Source of the DNA: Psammoneis japonica
Lineage: Eukaryota
Direction: 5' to 3'
Assembly (NCBI GenBank): GCA_008632985.1
Contig: QPGO01000099.1
Location: 103,679-167,678 of the forward strand
DNA length: 64,000 nt
The position numbers and the translations under genes are program-made. Positions 1 through 11,561 of this stretch are shown piece after piece (the stretch's first letter is position 1; the number at the start of each line of letters is the position of its first letter). The notes beneath the pieces are model-generated. The model made no database searches, was not told the origin of the DNA, and saw only the letters and a list, made by a program, of their open reading frames with translations.

Positions 1-790
1 AATGGCACCAACGTCGCCATGCGAGTCCGAACCTCGACGGCATCCGGCGTTTGGTCGTTGACGGCCGGGTGCAGGCCATCCAGAGTTGCTGCAATCGCAG
101 CAAGCATGGCTGCATCTTCCAAGACGTACGTGCCGGCTGGTGCCAGTTGCATTGAGTCCGCCGTGCACTCGGCAACTTGATGCTGATCGTGGGTGAGGTC
201 GCCCACAAGACCGAAGTGGCGGCCGTCCCAAGGCTGCGGGTCGCCAGCCACCGTGATCGGACAAGTGGAGATTCGATGGGAAACTTGAATCTTTCCCGGG
301 TCATTTCCAAGGCCCTGTGCGCGACAGTGGGTCACGACGGGCACAGGTGCGTCATGACCGGATGCCGCGGTCAATCTTGCAAACAGCGCAGCGGGGCTGT
401 AACGGGACTGGCCGTTTGCGACCGCGGCTGCATCTGCCATGGCATTCGCGCACGTGCCGCGGTGCGGATCCAACGCCTGTGTGGCATAGAAATCTGCGTA
501 CGTGCGCATGGCGCGTGGAAGAGGTGGCATGGCCACCGGTTGTCCATGGCCATGAACACTCGGTTGTCCGCCGGCTTGTGCCGGTGGAACAGCCTGTGGT
601 GGTGCTTGCGCGGCTGGAGGGGGCGGCTGTTGCTGCCCCTGTGGTGGGATTGGTGGCCCCTGAGGCGGGCCTTGTCCCTGCGGCACTGGATGTACAGGTG
701 GCGCTACGTTGGGAGCCTGAGGCTCCTCTGGAGCTGGCGCTCCTGGATTCGCTGGAGGAAAACCTCCTGGATTCAACGTGCTCAATGGCA
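1..790 (-). mobile_element. Pro/Gln-rich ORF running off the left edge; possible ORF1 (gag-like) of a diatom retroelement (Ngaro/DIRS-like)
   Basis: Hand translation of a stop-free minus frame missing from the ORF track: LNPGGFPPANPGAPAPEEPQ...RTYADFYATQALDPHRG...HRISTCPITVAGDPQPWDGRHFGLVGD...EVRTRMATLVP. The family assignment is from memory of similar diatom element ORF1s only. Confidence 0.35.
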
Positions 791-1163
791 ACTTCTTCCA
801 CGGAAAACGAAAGAGAACAGCAGCGGAGGTATCCTGCGTCGAACCGATAGCGTTTTAATCTATCTACGGGCCGGCTTGCTGTTGTTGTTTCCAAAAGAAT
901 GAGAGGAAACAAAGCAGCCGGTGAGAGAGGCGGCGCGGCCAGGAAGTTCGGGAACTTTCAAATGGAATGGGGAATCTCGCCTTGCGGATTGCTCGAGGAC
1001 AGTCACGTGCCGTAGCCCGGTGCGTGCATGACACAGTACTGTACGGTAGATAGACCCTATTATTGGCAGGGTAAATGTCATCGCACTGCACACTGCATTA
1101 CATTACAACAAACCGCAAGTAGTTTCAAGTACGAGACATCAGTTTTCATTTTCAGTCATAGAC

Positions 1164-1992
1164 ATGCCTGGTGTTGCGAATCGAGTAGTTCTCGTTACAG
1201 GTGCCTCCCGAGGTATTGGAATTGCTACAGCACGTCTTTTTATCGAAAGCGGCGCAAAAGTTATGGCTGTGTCTCGCTCCGAATCTGACCTTGCTGCGAC
1301 CGGCCTTCCTCATTATTACGCCTCAGATTTGTCGACAAAAGAGGGCTGTCGAGCTGCCGTCGATGCTACTGAGCGAAAATTGGGTCCTATTGATATTTTG
1401 GTATGCAACCACGGAATCGGGTCGGCAGCTGAAAAGCCGCTTCATGAAACAGATGTGGAGCAATGGCGGCACTCCATGGCAACAAACCTCGATGGCCCCT
1501 TTTACCTAACGAGGTTTGTGTTACCGGGCATGGTCGAGAGAGGATATGGTCGATGTGTTTTCACGTCTTCAACTGCAGCCACTGAAGGAGCAGAACCAGC
1601 TGCTGTTGGATACAATACGTCAAAGGTAAGCTGCATGATCGTCTGGGGGGCTTTCGAAATTTTGAGAGTAGCCACTCATTTTGGCTGTTAAGTCTGGGCT
1701 GCTAGGTCTCGTGAGGTCTGTATGCCAGGATGGAGGTAAATATGGCGTGACAGCAAATGCAGTATTACCGGGCTGGGTACGGACAGAGATGGCAGAGCTG
1801 TCGGCCGAGGCCGAAGCAAAAGAAAGAGGAGTCACACCGGAAGAGGTTTGGAGGGAAAGGGCCGCTTTGTATCCACCAAAGCGAGTCGTAACTCCAGAAG
1901 AGGTGGCAAATACAATTCTTTTCCTTGCCAGTGAGGAATCAAGTGGTGTTAGTGGTGAGGCGATCAGGGTTTCTCTCGGGTGCCCAATCTAG
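1164..1992 (+). CDS. Short-chain dehydrogenase/reductase (FabG-like), 2 exons, intron 1626-1692
   Basis: TGASRGIG Rossmann motif, YNTSK catalytic YxxxK, NAVLPG. A 67-nt GTAAG...TAAG intron joins ORFs 1164..1691 and 1681..1992. Confidence 0.92.
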
Positions 1993-2609
1993 CTTTCTTA
2001 GCTGAAGTAGAGAAACCTCATGCAAAGAATCTACTACTACAATAAATGGAGACGTCGTTGGATTATCATCAGCTACCTTAATATAAGGGAGATGTCATAG
2101 TCAGCTCCATCGAGCACACGGATTTCAAGTAAGAAATGATAGAGTCTACCCGGTGTTGTTTCTGGATGTTCCACTTGCTCGTGATCCGCGACCAACTCTC
2201 GTAATTGCTATGGAGGCGCTTCATAACATGACGATGTCACACGCGACTTAATCTCCCTCCAACAGCATCAGAGCTATTGTAGCAGACAATGGCCGCCGAC
2301 GACGCAAATACAAAAAAGCCACGCGGTAACCGTTGACCTCTTGCTTCCCTCTAGATATTTCCTATATATCACGACAGGTTCGTAGTTTGACCGAAGGTCT
2401 TATTAGCCAACGGCCAACAAAAAAGGAAAACGGTCAAAATCAGGTGCTCACTTGTTGCGTTTGCTGCTTGCAGCACGGCGACAAAAACCCATATTGCCTA
2501 TGGATACCAATGCTTGAATATGATGTTGCTATAAAAAAAAATAAGGCTTTCGGCTGCTCCGTCAAGAAATTGGAAAACATACGAATACACATTATTATGA
2601 AGCACAACT

Positions 2610-3940
2610 TAGCGTTCGGTAAAAACCGTGGTTACGTTCTTGTTCCCATTCCAATTGCTTCTGATGAGGAATTGACCGAGGATACCAACGGATACGAAAC
2701 TTTTACCAGTGCTTTTGAGGCCATGGTTGGTCTGGATCCCGAGTTACGTCAGGATGTCTTGTTTGTGATTGAAGAGAGCGACAGACTGGGAAGGCCTTTG
2801 AAGGAAGACAAGCACCCTCCTCGTGTCCTCGATTCCTTCATGCTTCCCGATTCATTGTCCCATGAAATGAAAAATGACACAATGCATGGGGCAATCAGAG
2901 AATGCAAAGACAAGAGTTCCTGGGATCGCATGTGCGATTTGCTCTTGGTGTGCAGAGACCGCGAAGGGAACTGCGATGTTCCCAGCAGGCACAAAGAGGA
3001 GGGGATGAAATTGGGGCATTGGTCAAGCAGACAATGGCGGGCCAAAAAGAGCAGGATTCTAGACATTTCTGGTCAACAAGTGCTCAAGAAGGCCGGTGTT
3101 GAGTGGAGCGTGAATGACGATAAATGGAATCGTGTTTACAGCCTGCTCTTGGTTTGCTTGGAGAGAGAAGGCAATTGCAATGTTCCCAACAAATGCATTG
3201 AGGATGGCTTTGCCCTTGGAGTTGGGTTGGACAACCAATGACAAAAACACAAGCTCGGGAAGCTTGACATTGTCAAAGAAGAAAAACTCGAGGAGGCTGG
3301 AGTTGAGTGGGACCTTCGGGCTGAGCAATGGGAGACTGTGTTTTCTCATCTTGAACAATTTGTGGTGCGCGAGGGACATTGCAACGCTCCAAGGCATCAC
3401 AAAGAGGATGGGGAGAATCTTGGAAGCTGGTTGGGCGAACAAAGGAAAAAAACAAAAGGAAAGGGAAACTGAATGCTTCTAGACAGGAACGATTGGAGAA
3501 GGCTGGAGTTGAGTGGGACGTTCGGGCTGAGCAATGGGAGACCATGTTTTCTCGTCTTGAACGATTTTTGGCGCGTGAGGGACATTGCAACGCACCAAGG
3601 CATCACAAAGAGGATGGGGAGAATCTTGGAAGCTGGTTGACCAAGCAAAGGGTAGAAAAAAGGAAAGGGAAACTGAACGCCACTCGACAGAATTGACTGG
3701 AGCAGGCTGGAGTTGAGTGGGATGTTTTTGCTGAGCAATGGGAGACTATGTTTTCTCTTTTCGAACATTTTTTGGTGCGTGAGGGAAATTGCAAAGTGCC
3801 CCATTGTCACATTGAAAATGGAAAGAGACTTGGATGTTGGTTGAACACGCGAAAGCAAGCATGGAAGGCTGGAAGACTGAAGAATAGCAGCACGAACCGA
3901 CTGCTGGATCTTGGCGTGTTTTCGTCCAACAGCAGTCTCC
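2610..3940 (+). pseudogene. 3' fragment of the SF2 helicase/helicase-associated (HA) repeat gene, hypermutated
   Basis: Near-identical to 63130-63980 and to the reverse complement of 37337-38460 (AFGKNRGYVLVPIPIASDEE...). In-frame TGA at 3239 and 3694; Tyr codons replaced by Cys/His. Confidence 0.9.
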
Positions 3941-4269
3941 ACTCTACGAGGAGCCTGTCTCGGTGTCGCCTCGTCGATGCCTATGAAAGAATAAACCAGT
4001 GAACATGGCATTGAACACTACTCAAATTATGATTTGGCCGTTTTATTCCACCAATCACTTAAACGTCCTCATGGTTCCAAGGTTTGTTGCACCATATACT
4101 GTGCGACACCATGATTGTAGGCATTCTGTTTTCGATCTTCACTGTATTGCAGCCGTCGTTGCCTATTCCTTGCCCCTTATGCTCTCTCCGAGTTTTTCTA
4201 TTAAGCGTTCACAAAAGTAGCCTGGTTCGAGAAGCATTTCGGAAGGCTACAGCGATTGCGTTTGACACC

Positions 4270-4832
4270 CCATACGAAACCGCAAATTTCGTTTCGAGCG
4301 CTGCCCTTGTCGGAAGCAACGTTGCGTGGATTGGATGGAGCAAACTTTGTCACCATGACTGAAATACAAAACGCCTGTATTCCTCATGCGCTGTGTGGAA
4401 GAGACATTTTAGGCGCAGCACGAACGGGCTCGGGAAAAACTCTTGCGTTTCTGGTGCCGGTTATTGAAAAACTGTTTTGCTCGAAATGCGCTCCATCCGG
4501 CGGGCCCGGTGCTCTTGTTTTAAGTCCAACTCGTGAGCTTGCGGTTCAGATCTTTCAAGTTTTGAAAAAAAGGTGGGACAACATCATGCATTGTCGGCTG
4601 GACTAGCAGTGGGCGGTAAAAAAGAGCATCATGTCGAACAACAGCATTTCGGATCCACCAATATCCTCGTGGCTACACCGGGACGTTTGTTGCAGCACTT
4701 GGAACAGACACCAGTTTGTTGTTTTCTGCAACGCAGACGAAACGAGTTTCTGATTTGGCTGCGTTGTCGCTGAAAGAGCCCGAATACCTTGGTGTACATG
4801 ATAAGGAGTCAACATCCACTCCTTCCAATTTG
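4270..4832 (+). pseudogene. DEAD-box RNA helicase DDX10/DBP4-like fragment
   Basis: Q motif (MTEIQ), [41 protein letters not shown]. Frameshift near 4570, the DEAD motif region is deleted, and the fragment is truncated. Confidence 0.8.
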
Positions 4833-5022
4833 TCTGTCGTTGCACATTCTTCATTACAAAGTTACGTTACTGTAATTCGTTTCACTAAACATACTAACAA
4901 AAGATCAACACCTAAAGAATCTGTTCTACCTTGTTATACTGTACCGTCAGAAACTCTTCGACGACGATGTACGCTCCAAGTTGAAAAAAGCTATTATGTC
5001 ACTACAGCTCGTTCAGTTTATT

Positions 5023-6327
5023 CTACGATTCATCTGCCAATTGAATCACGCGTTGGCACTTTTGCTGCAAGACCCGCAAGGCTTCGGCTACAAGAACAGA
5101 TGGAGTTTGCATGCCGACACTTTCTACCGAGAATACAAAGTGATTTGGAATTCGCGACATGGAAATGGACTCTTTCAGCTTTGGGTTTCGCATGTAATTG
5201 CGAGACATGGTACACGCGTAGGGATTGCAAACCCGGGCCTTGACCTTGGTGCCTGGCGTGTCGCTCGAGTCTGTCGGAACAAGATCAAAGACACCTGGTT
5301 CATAGAGGTGCACCAATTCGTCCGCCAATTCATCGTAAATGGGTTGCGTAATTTCTACTTGTGGCAAGAGGCGATAACTTGCCGTTGCCACGGGAGAATA
5401 CTTGGCATGATCTCGGCCAATTCCAACACGAGCATGCGCCTCCAACTCAATCGATTGTCCCGGACGTAGCTTGGCAATTAGGATATCATCATGGACGGGA
5501 TGAATGCCATCTGGAAACCTGGTTTCTTGATCTCCCTGTGGTACCCATTCCAAGTCACGACTGTACACATGCTTAGTATACGGACGACCGGGTGTTTCAA
5601 TAGCAGCCTTTTGGTGTTTGGCGGCCGCCTCGGCTGCCGCTTGGTCGAGTTGTGAATTTCCCATGACGGAACCGTCCTCACCAGAAATGATTGGAGCATA
5701 TGTACTTTCCGAGTCACCTCCATTCGCAGCGGCGGCCTCTTTTTTCGTACAAGACACGGCCAATCGAAAGACTATTGTGTTTCGATCGGTGGCATCATCG
5801 TCTTGGCCAACAACATCAAACAAGCGTGCGTCGACATTGAGTGGAATCAATCCCAATCGATGCGCCAAGACTTCGTCGTGAATAATGGAGGAATTGTTCC
5901 ACATGTACACGTGTTCAATCGCTACTGTGGGTACTTCACTCAGCAGGATCCTACGCAAGGCATTGGCAAACGATGCGTCAATACCCACCATTTCAAACAC
6001 CATTTCATCATCTGTCTTTTCCAGAACGCGCATCGAAAAGTCGTTTCTGCGAATGAAATATGAAATTGTGAGAGCATTTTGATTTTTAGTAAGAAATACA
6101 TAGTAGCAGTATATGAAATGAATACTACACTGTACAATCAAATGTATAGTTCGTTTACTAGTGACGTACCGAAACTGCTTGAGAAACTCCTCACCGCTCT
6201 CAAAGCTTGACGGTCCTTCCTGTGGCATGTGACGAAATTCCAAACCGCTTTCTTTCACCACGTACATACCGCCACTGCGACTGCTGGACGCTGGTTTTGC
6301 TTCGTCTTGTCGTCCATCAGCTGCCAT
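5023..6327 (-). CDS. RPC40: RNA polymerase I/III subunit AC40 (RPC40/POLR1C); probable intron 6047-6169
   Basis: [67 protein letters not shown] 123-nt GTACG...GCAG segment translates as a non-homologous insert. Confidence 0.95.
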   Translation of the reverse strand: MAADGRQDEAKPASSSRSGGMYVVKESGLEFRHMPQEGPSSFESGEEFLKQFRYVTSKRTIHLIVQCSIHFIYCYYVFLTKNQNALTISYFIRRNDFSMRVLEKTDDEMVFEMVGIDASFANALRRILLSEVPTVAIEHVYMWNNSSIIHDEVLAHRLGLIPLNVDARLFDVVGQDDDATDRNTIVFRLAVSCTKKEAAAANGGDSESTYAPIISGEDGSVMGNSQLDQAAAEAAAKHQKAAIETPGRPYTKHVYSRDLEWVPQGDQETRFPDGIHPVHDDILIAKLRPGQSIELEAHARVGIGRDHAKYSPVATASYRLLPQVEITQPIYDELADELVHLYEPGVFDLVPTDSSDTPGTKVKARVCNPYACTMSRNYMRNPKLKESISMSRIPNHFVFSVESVGMQTPSVLVAEALRVLQQKCQRVIQLADES

Positions 6328-6451
6328 TGTCTTATGCTTAGTGTGTGGAGATGGACTTGGGATGCATAATGGATGCTGTCAGCTGTTGTTGTTGCTGCTG
6401 CTGGTGGTGATTGCTGTGCTTTTTTGTTTTCGTGGTGTGCTGTTGGCGTGG

Positions 6452-7080
6452 GACGACGGATAGACTGATTTGCCTCATTTTTTCGTCTGTCCTTTGTCAT
6501 TTCAAATTTTCAAAAAAAAGCGCGGGAAACACTGTAGACGCCACGCGATAACGGCAGACACACCGAATACAGCACAGGGCGAACACAAGCAACGAAACGC
6601 GTCAGTTCCTTTTTAAGCAAGGCAAATCGCTCAAGCCCAAGCTACAGTAGTAGCTTTGCCAACCAAACAAGTCAAGTTTGCACAGGGCAAGGAAGGTGCT
6701 GGTTTGCCATTGAGAGGGCCAGAAGCATGTCTTTCTTCTTGGCCATCATCTGCTATTGTGTTACACCACTTCTACTCTAGCATGCGTATTTACGTTTAGA
6801 AATGGTGAGCGTATGTCTCCGATTTCAATGGTGTGCTCGAGGGACACAGTGCTGCGAAGTACAGTGCAAATAATTCCTTGGTTTGCCCAAGGTTTGCCGC
6901 TGCGGAGAGAAACAACGTGCAGACGGACGGACCGTTCCATCATTTTCGTCTGTCTGTGCATCAATTCAAAATTTCAAAAAAGCGCGCGAAACCACTTTGG
7001 TATGTAGATCTCAGTACGACACACACGTAAAATCTACCAATGATTGCCGAGAATGCACGACTGAAAAAGCGCGCGAAAAG
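6452..7080. promoter_or_regulatory. Duplicated ~60-80 bp upstream element (about 6452-6535 and 6921-6995) with TTTSSCGC-like motifs
   Basis: CATTTTTTCGTCTGT..TTCAAATTTTCAAAAAAAAGCGCGGGAAAC versus CATTTTCGTCTGT..TTCAAAATTTCAAAAAAGCGCGCGAAAC, plus a third AAAAAGCGCGCGAAAA near 7064. Confidence 0.5.
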
Positions 7081-7440
7081 AGGCGAGCTCGTGGTCGCAA
7101 AAAATAAATCGCATTGCTTCAATGACACACATCGAACTACACGACAGGAGACGATAGCGTAGCAAACAACAATAGACGGTGTCGATTAGTGATGGCACTA
7201 TTCTATCGTTTCACCAATGTGACTGGTAGTCACGAAAATTTATGTATTGATACCTATGTCCAGATGTAGATGTACATACCATGAATAGTAGCAAACTCAA
7301 AGGTCCAGAGTGTGCCACAAATCCTGTAGTCGTCTTGTATGATGAATCAACAAGTAGATATGCAGTGCTCACGTAGGCATAGAGAGCCAGAAGGTATCGT
7401 ACTGTGCATGTGTAAATTCAATATAAGATGTTCTTGGTTC

Positions 7441-8469
7441 TCAAGGCGCCCCGGTGTTTGTCGCAAAGCAAATCCCGCAACGATGATGATTCAAATCTTG
7501 GATACCCAATTGCTGAGCACTCGTTACCCAGTACTTGGTCTTGCCACGAGAACGATCTTGCTTTTTAATTTTCTTGTAAGTATCTTGAATATGTGAAGGA
7601 ATGTGCTTGCAGGCCTGAAAGTGAACACGTTGCCACGTGCATACCGTTCGGTATAGATCCTGCAAGCTCTTGGGGTAAAACGAAGCCATAGTGGCCTTGT
7701 CGTTCTCGTCTACACAAAAGACACACCGAAGACCGACACGGGGTCTCTTGGTCTTGGAATCCACGTCGTTGCTTGCCGTCGTCTCGAATACTTCCAGGAG
7801 TTCCGACCTAACAAAACAGTGGAGTGAATTGAGAAACTCGGCGTCATGTGGCAGAGCCAAACGCAGTCCACCTCGACTCTTGTTCCCATCCGTGATAACA
7901 TTGACATCCTTCTTATTGTCACAATCAATGCTAGAAATAGACGACTGGCGTAATTGTGTCAAGACGGACGCGGCTCGGTTGACTCGTTCGTCCCCTCCAG
8001 TACCGGTATTTTGTTCTTGTTGGAGCCGAGTCGGAAAAGTGTCGAACGCCACCCGACAAAAGTCACTCGTAAAGGCTGATGATTCTTCAACTCGCGCTCT
8101 CTTGAGGACTGGTTCTAACGCTTGCTGAGGAGCGAAAGTTGGTGGGACAAAATCCGAAAGCTCCTCCACATGAGGAATCTCTGGACCAATCGCAGACACA
8201 ATGCGCTTGTTGGTCGTAGCGGTACTTGTTGGGAATGCCGCAAAATCATCCGGAGACGGAGAAATCAAAGCGGGACGATGAGCCTGAACAAGAGAAATGG
8301 AGGTATTGGGAGCAAGGTAATTGCCCGAAAAGATAACGGGTGACATGACATCTTGAAACCGGAATTCCTCGTGCGTTTGTTTCGCTCTCGTGGGAGTCGA
8401 GGCAACATGATGGATCCATGACGATGAATCTTGCGTTTCACTGCCACTGCGGCGACTTCTAGTGTTCAT
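7441..8469 (-). CDS. Uncharacterised protein with C-terminal 'LALP..D...LN.LHCF.R..RVGLRCxxC..FYPK..WQRVH..C' domain
   Basis: Long ORF; the C-terminal domain is clearly homologous to that of the ORF at 9327..11651. Confidence 0.75.
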   Translation of the reverse strand: MNTRSRRSGSETQDSSSWIHHVASTPTRAKQTHEEFRFQDVMSPVIFSGNYLAPNTSISLVQAHRPALISPSPDDFAAFPTSTATTNKRIVSAIGPEIPHVEELSDFVPPTFAPQQALEPVLKRARVEESSAFTSDFCRVAFDTFPTRLQQEQNTGTGGDERVNRAASVLTQLRQSSISSIDCDNKKDVNVITDGNKSRGGLRLALPHDAEFLNSLHCFVRSELLEVFETTASNDVDSKTKRPRVGLRCVFCVDENDKATMASFYPKSLQDLYRTVCTWQRVHFQACKHIPSHIQDTYKKIKKQDRSRGKTKYWVTSAQQLGIQDLNHHRCGICFATNTGAP

Positions 8470-9326
8470 ACCTCGCAACATTACGAGTCGATACACTTGG
8501 AAACAAAGTTACACAGCAGTCTATCAACACTGTTACTCAAGAACAACACTTTTGTGTTCACACAAACACCGCAGAGTATGTAAGAAAATACATGCGTGAC
8601 GAAAAAGCGATGGGCCTAACAGCTCTATTTCTACGTGAAAGCTGGTACACGTTCTACTGATTCCAACCCAAAGCAAATCCATGCTGGCTATCAAAAAAGG
8701 CGGGAGTAGAAGATGTACCGAGTTCAACGCTGCACCTTGGTCCTGTCGTGACAGCTCGCGACCTCGAATAGAATGAGAGGGGTTAGATTTACGTACACAG
8801 ATCGAAACGAAATTTGATCTATCTACTTAGTATGAGTAGGAATAGCTATCATAGATTAGACTAGAGGAATAGTATTCGGGACAAGACCTACGGTATCGTG
8901 CACTTTCTCTCCGAGAGATAGATGCACTCTAGTAGTGCAAGAATGAGCTCCATTATTTCTACCAAGTGCTGTCTCTCTATTTTTACAGTAAATGCAGGTA
9001 TGAGATAGAAGGCGTCAAGCACAACGCGAGAACTCAGAAAGTACAAGAGCTACTTGTACCCAATTTTGTGTTCGACCGTTGCGTACCACTCGCGTCAACA
9101 CGTGCTTCACGCCTTCGCAAACAAGGTGATGGGAGTGAACTGCCGTACAATGGGCAAGACTAGTTCAATGACGCTATCTGATATCCCTAATAGAATATTA
9201 TAGCATGTAAAATAAAGTATCTACAAGTAGTAATGACCTACTGTTTCTTGGAAAATTGGTTGCGTTGGCTTCAAAGTACAAAAGAATCCAATCTCACTTC
9301 CAACTAGCTACCCCCTATACAACATG

Positions 9327-11561
9327 TTACAATTCCCTCATGGCTGCCTCTGGTGAAAACCGAATCCCCCCTTCTTTTTCCGAATCCACCAATCCCAACT
9401 TTTTTGCACTGGTAATCCAATACTGCGTCTTGCCCCGTGACTTGTCTGCTTCTCGTATCCTCAAGTAGCGTTCCCGAATGTTGGGTGGCAAGTGTCGGCA
9501 TTTGCGCAAATGGACCCGTTGCCATGATGTAATCAATCGATACAGTTCGGATACAGTCTTGGGGTAAAAGACCGCCATGGGTGCTTCAAATTTGGGATCA
9601 CACTTGTAGGATCGTGCTCGTGCACAATGGACACAGCGTAGTCCGACTCGATCCGATGCGAGCGCTTCTGGAGGAGATGACGTCGATGCATTGTCATCCG
9701 AGTCGTGGGGAATGACGGGGACATTGTAGTCGTCATTCAAGACAAAGACTTCTAACAGTTCTCTTCGCAAAAAGCAGTGCATGGCGTTGAGCTTGGAATT
9801 GTCTTCGGGCAAGGCTAATCTTGTAGGAAACGCCACTGTCGCACCCGAGTCTTCGCTCTGCGACGATACAATAGCAAGATCAGGTTGCTTGATGGTGTCG
9901 TTGTCCTTGTTAGCCTTGTCGTTGGGTGACGCGGAAGACGCCTTCTTGGTTGTTGCTTCTATTGCTGCGGTTGGACTCGAAGTAGTGGTGGTGGTGCTAT
10001 CTTGCGTCTTTGTTTCATCGCTTGATTCACTACTGCTACTACAAGAGGTCTCTCCCGCCTCTTGCTTGTCTTCTACAGCCGCCTCTGCTCCCTTCCTTCC
10101 TGGGGTATCGGGTTTGCAATAGGGCGGTGCCGAGAAAAAGGGACTGGCTGGCGAGTTTGCCGTAACGACTTTGCGCTTTTTTCTCTTCTTGACGGGCGGC
10201 GAATCATATTCGCCATAGTACGAATTGTTGGTCGAATAGCACTGTGCTCGATTAAAATAGGATGGAACCGAAAGCGGTTCGGATCTTGGTCTTGCGGCAG
10301 CGAGATGATGAGGCATGGGAGGAGGACCAACAGGACGACGCACCACCATGGCTGGCGGGGGTCTCTTGTGACCGATAAGAGTCGTAGTAGCAAGACCAGG
10401 CCTAGCCATGTGGGGAGGAACCTGTACCGGTGGATGCGGTCTTTGCGGCGGCGGTGCAGGCATTTCAACTTCGCTACTGGTTGAAGTCGAGGCTGCAACC
10501 TGAGTCGACACGGGGTTCTTGTTTTCGGCATCCTTGTTTTCGGCTGAACTTGTACTAGCAGCAGCTGCTGCTGCAGCAGATTCCTCCACTGTAGGAGGAC
10601 TCGTTCTCAATCCCAACAAAATCGAAGCCACATCTTGCATTCCTTCTTCCTTTTTGCGGGCGGTATCCTTCGCAGTAGCACTAGCGGGAGCTGTAGTCTT
10701 TGTGGTATCAGTATCAGCCGCTTGTTGAGCAGATAATGTTGGTACTTTGGCTTGAGGTACAGACTTGGGCGTCACCACTGCAGTTGTTGCTGCCGTTGGT
10801 GGAGACGGTGGCTTGGTATTCAATACTCGGCTACTCTCTCCCAGCGGAGTCTGTTGTGGTGCCTGCTGTACTGCAGCAGAAACAGGAGCTGCAGCAGTAC
10901 TTGGTGCCTGAGACGCCGGAGGACCTGTTCCTGGCCGTCTCAACACGTGAGGAGGAGGCGGTCTCATGTGCGGTGGTGGTACTGGTGCTCTTACGGGCAC
11001 TCCATTCTTCATCACGACAACATGTTGTTGTGTACCGTTTGGTGAAGAAGAAACTCGAATAACTGGAGCAGGACGTGGTGCACCGGTGTATACCAATTCA
11101 TGTTGTGGGTGACCATGACCAGGCGGAGGACCCACTACCCGTTGCTGAGGCAGTGGCGGCAGACGACCATTAATAGCTCCTGGTGGCAGAGGCATCTTGA
11201 CTGCAGCATGAGGAGGAGGCGGTGGTCCGTGGTGATGAATAACTACAGGAACTCCAGGCCGAGGAGGAGGAGGACCTGCTCGAACATGAGGCGGAGGAGC
11301 AACACCACGTAAATGCGGAGGAGGAGCGTATCGTCGTCCTCCTGCTGCAATTACCGCTGCATGATGAACGGGATGTGGCGGAGGCATTCGTGGAGCTGCT
11401 GCTCCGGGAGGAGGACGTCCGTGGGGAATGTACCGAACGCCAGGAGGAGGAGGTCCGCGATGCTGTGGTTGTTGTAGTAGTGTACCAGCTGCAGCTGCGG
11501 CAGCTGGATTGATTCGAGCATGATGAGGATTCCCAACGGGTCCAAGCCAAACTGGTGACAT
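9327..11561 (-). CDS. Pro/His-rich protein with basic NLS-like patch (KKRKKRK) and the same C-terminal CxxC..H..C domain
   Basis: 774-codon ORF with likely start MSPVWLG. Domain: LALPEDNSKLNAMHCFLRRELLEVF...RVGLRCVHC...FYPK...WQRVHLRKC...SRGKTQYWITSAKKLG. Confidence 0.8.
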   Translation of the reverse strand: MSPVWLGPVGNPHHARINPAAAAAAGTLLQQPQHRGPPPPGVRYIPHGRPPPGAAAPRMPPPHPVHHAAVIAAGGRRYAPPPHLRGVAPPPHVRAGPPPPRPGVPVVIHHHGPPPPPHAAVKMPLPPGAINGRLPPLPQQRVVGPPPGHGHPQHELVYTGAPRPAPVIRVSSSPNGTQQHVVVMKNGVPVRAPVPPPHMRPPPPHVLRRPGTGPPASQAPSTAAAPVSAAVQQAPQQTPLGESSRVLNTKPPSPPTAATTAVVTPKSVPQAKVPTLSAQQAADTDTTKTTAPASATAKDTARKKEEGMQDVASILLGLRTSPPTVEESAAAAAAASTSSAENKDAENKNPVSTQVAASTSTSSEVEMPAPPPQRPHPPVQVPPHMARPGLATTTLIGHKRPPPAMVVRRPVGPPPMPHHLAAARPRSEPLSVPSYFNRAQCYSTNNSYYGEYDSPPVKKRKKRKVVTANSPASPFFSAPPYCKPDTPGRKGAEAAVEDKQEAGETSCSSSSESSDETKTQDSTTTTTSSPTAAIEATTKKASSASPNDKANKDNDTIKQPDLAIVSSQSEDSGATVAFPTRLALPEDNSKLNAMHCFLRRELLEVFVLNDDYNVPVIPHDSDDNASTSSPPEALASDRVGLRCVHCARARSYKCDPKFEAPMAVFYPKTVSELYRLITSWQRVHLRKCRHLPPNIRERYLRIREADKSRGKTQYWITSAKKLGLVDSEKEGGIRFSPEAAMREL

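Noticed and set aside
177..912. ORFs 177..902 (+), 317..850 (+) and 352..912 (-) as genes
   Set aside because: Shadow frames of GC-rich DNA; the protein-like frame is a different minus frame open to the window edge.
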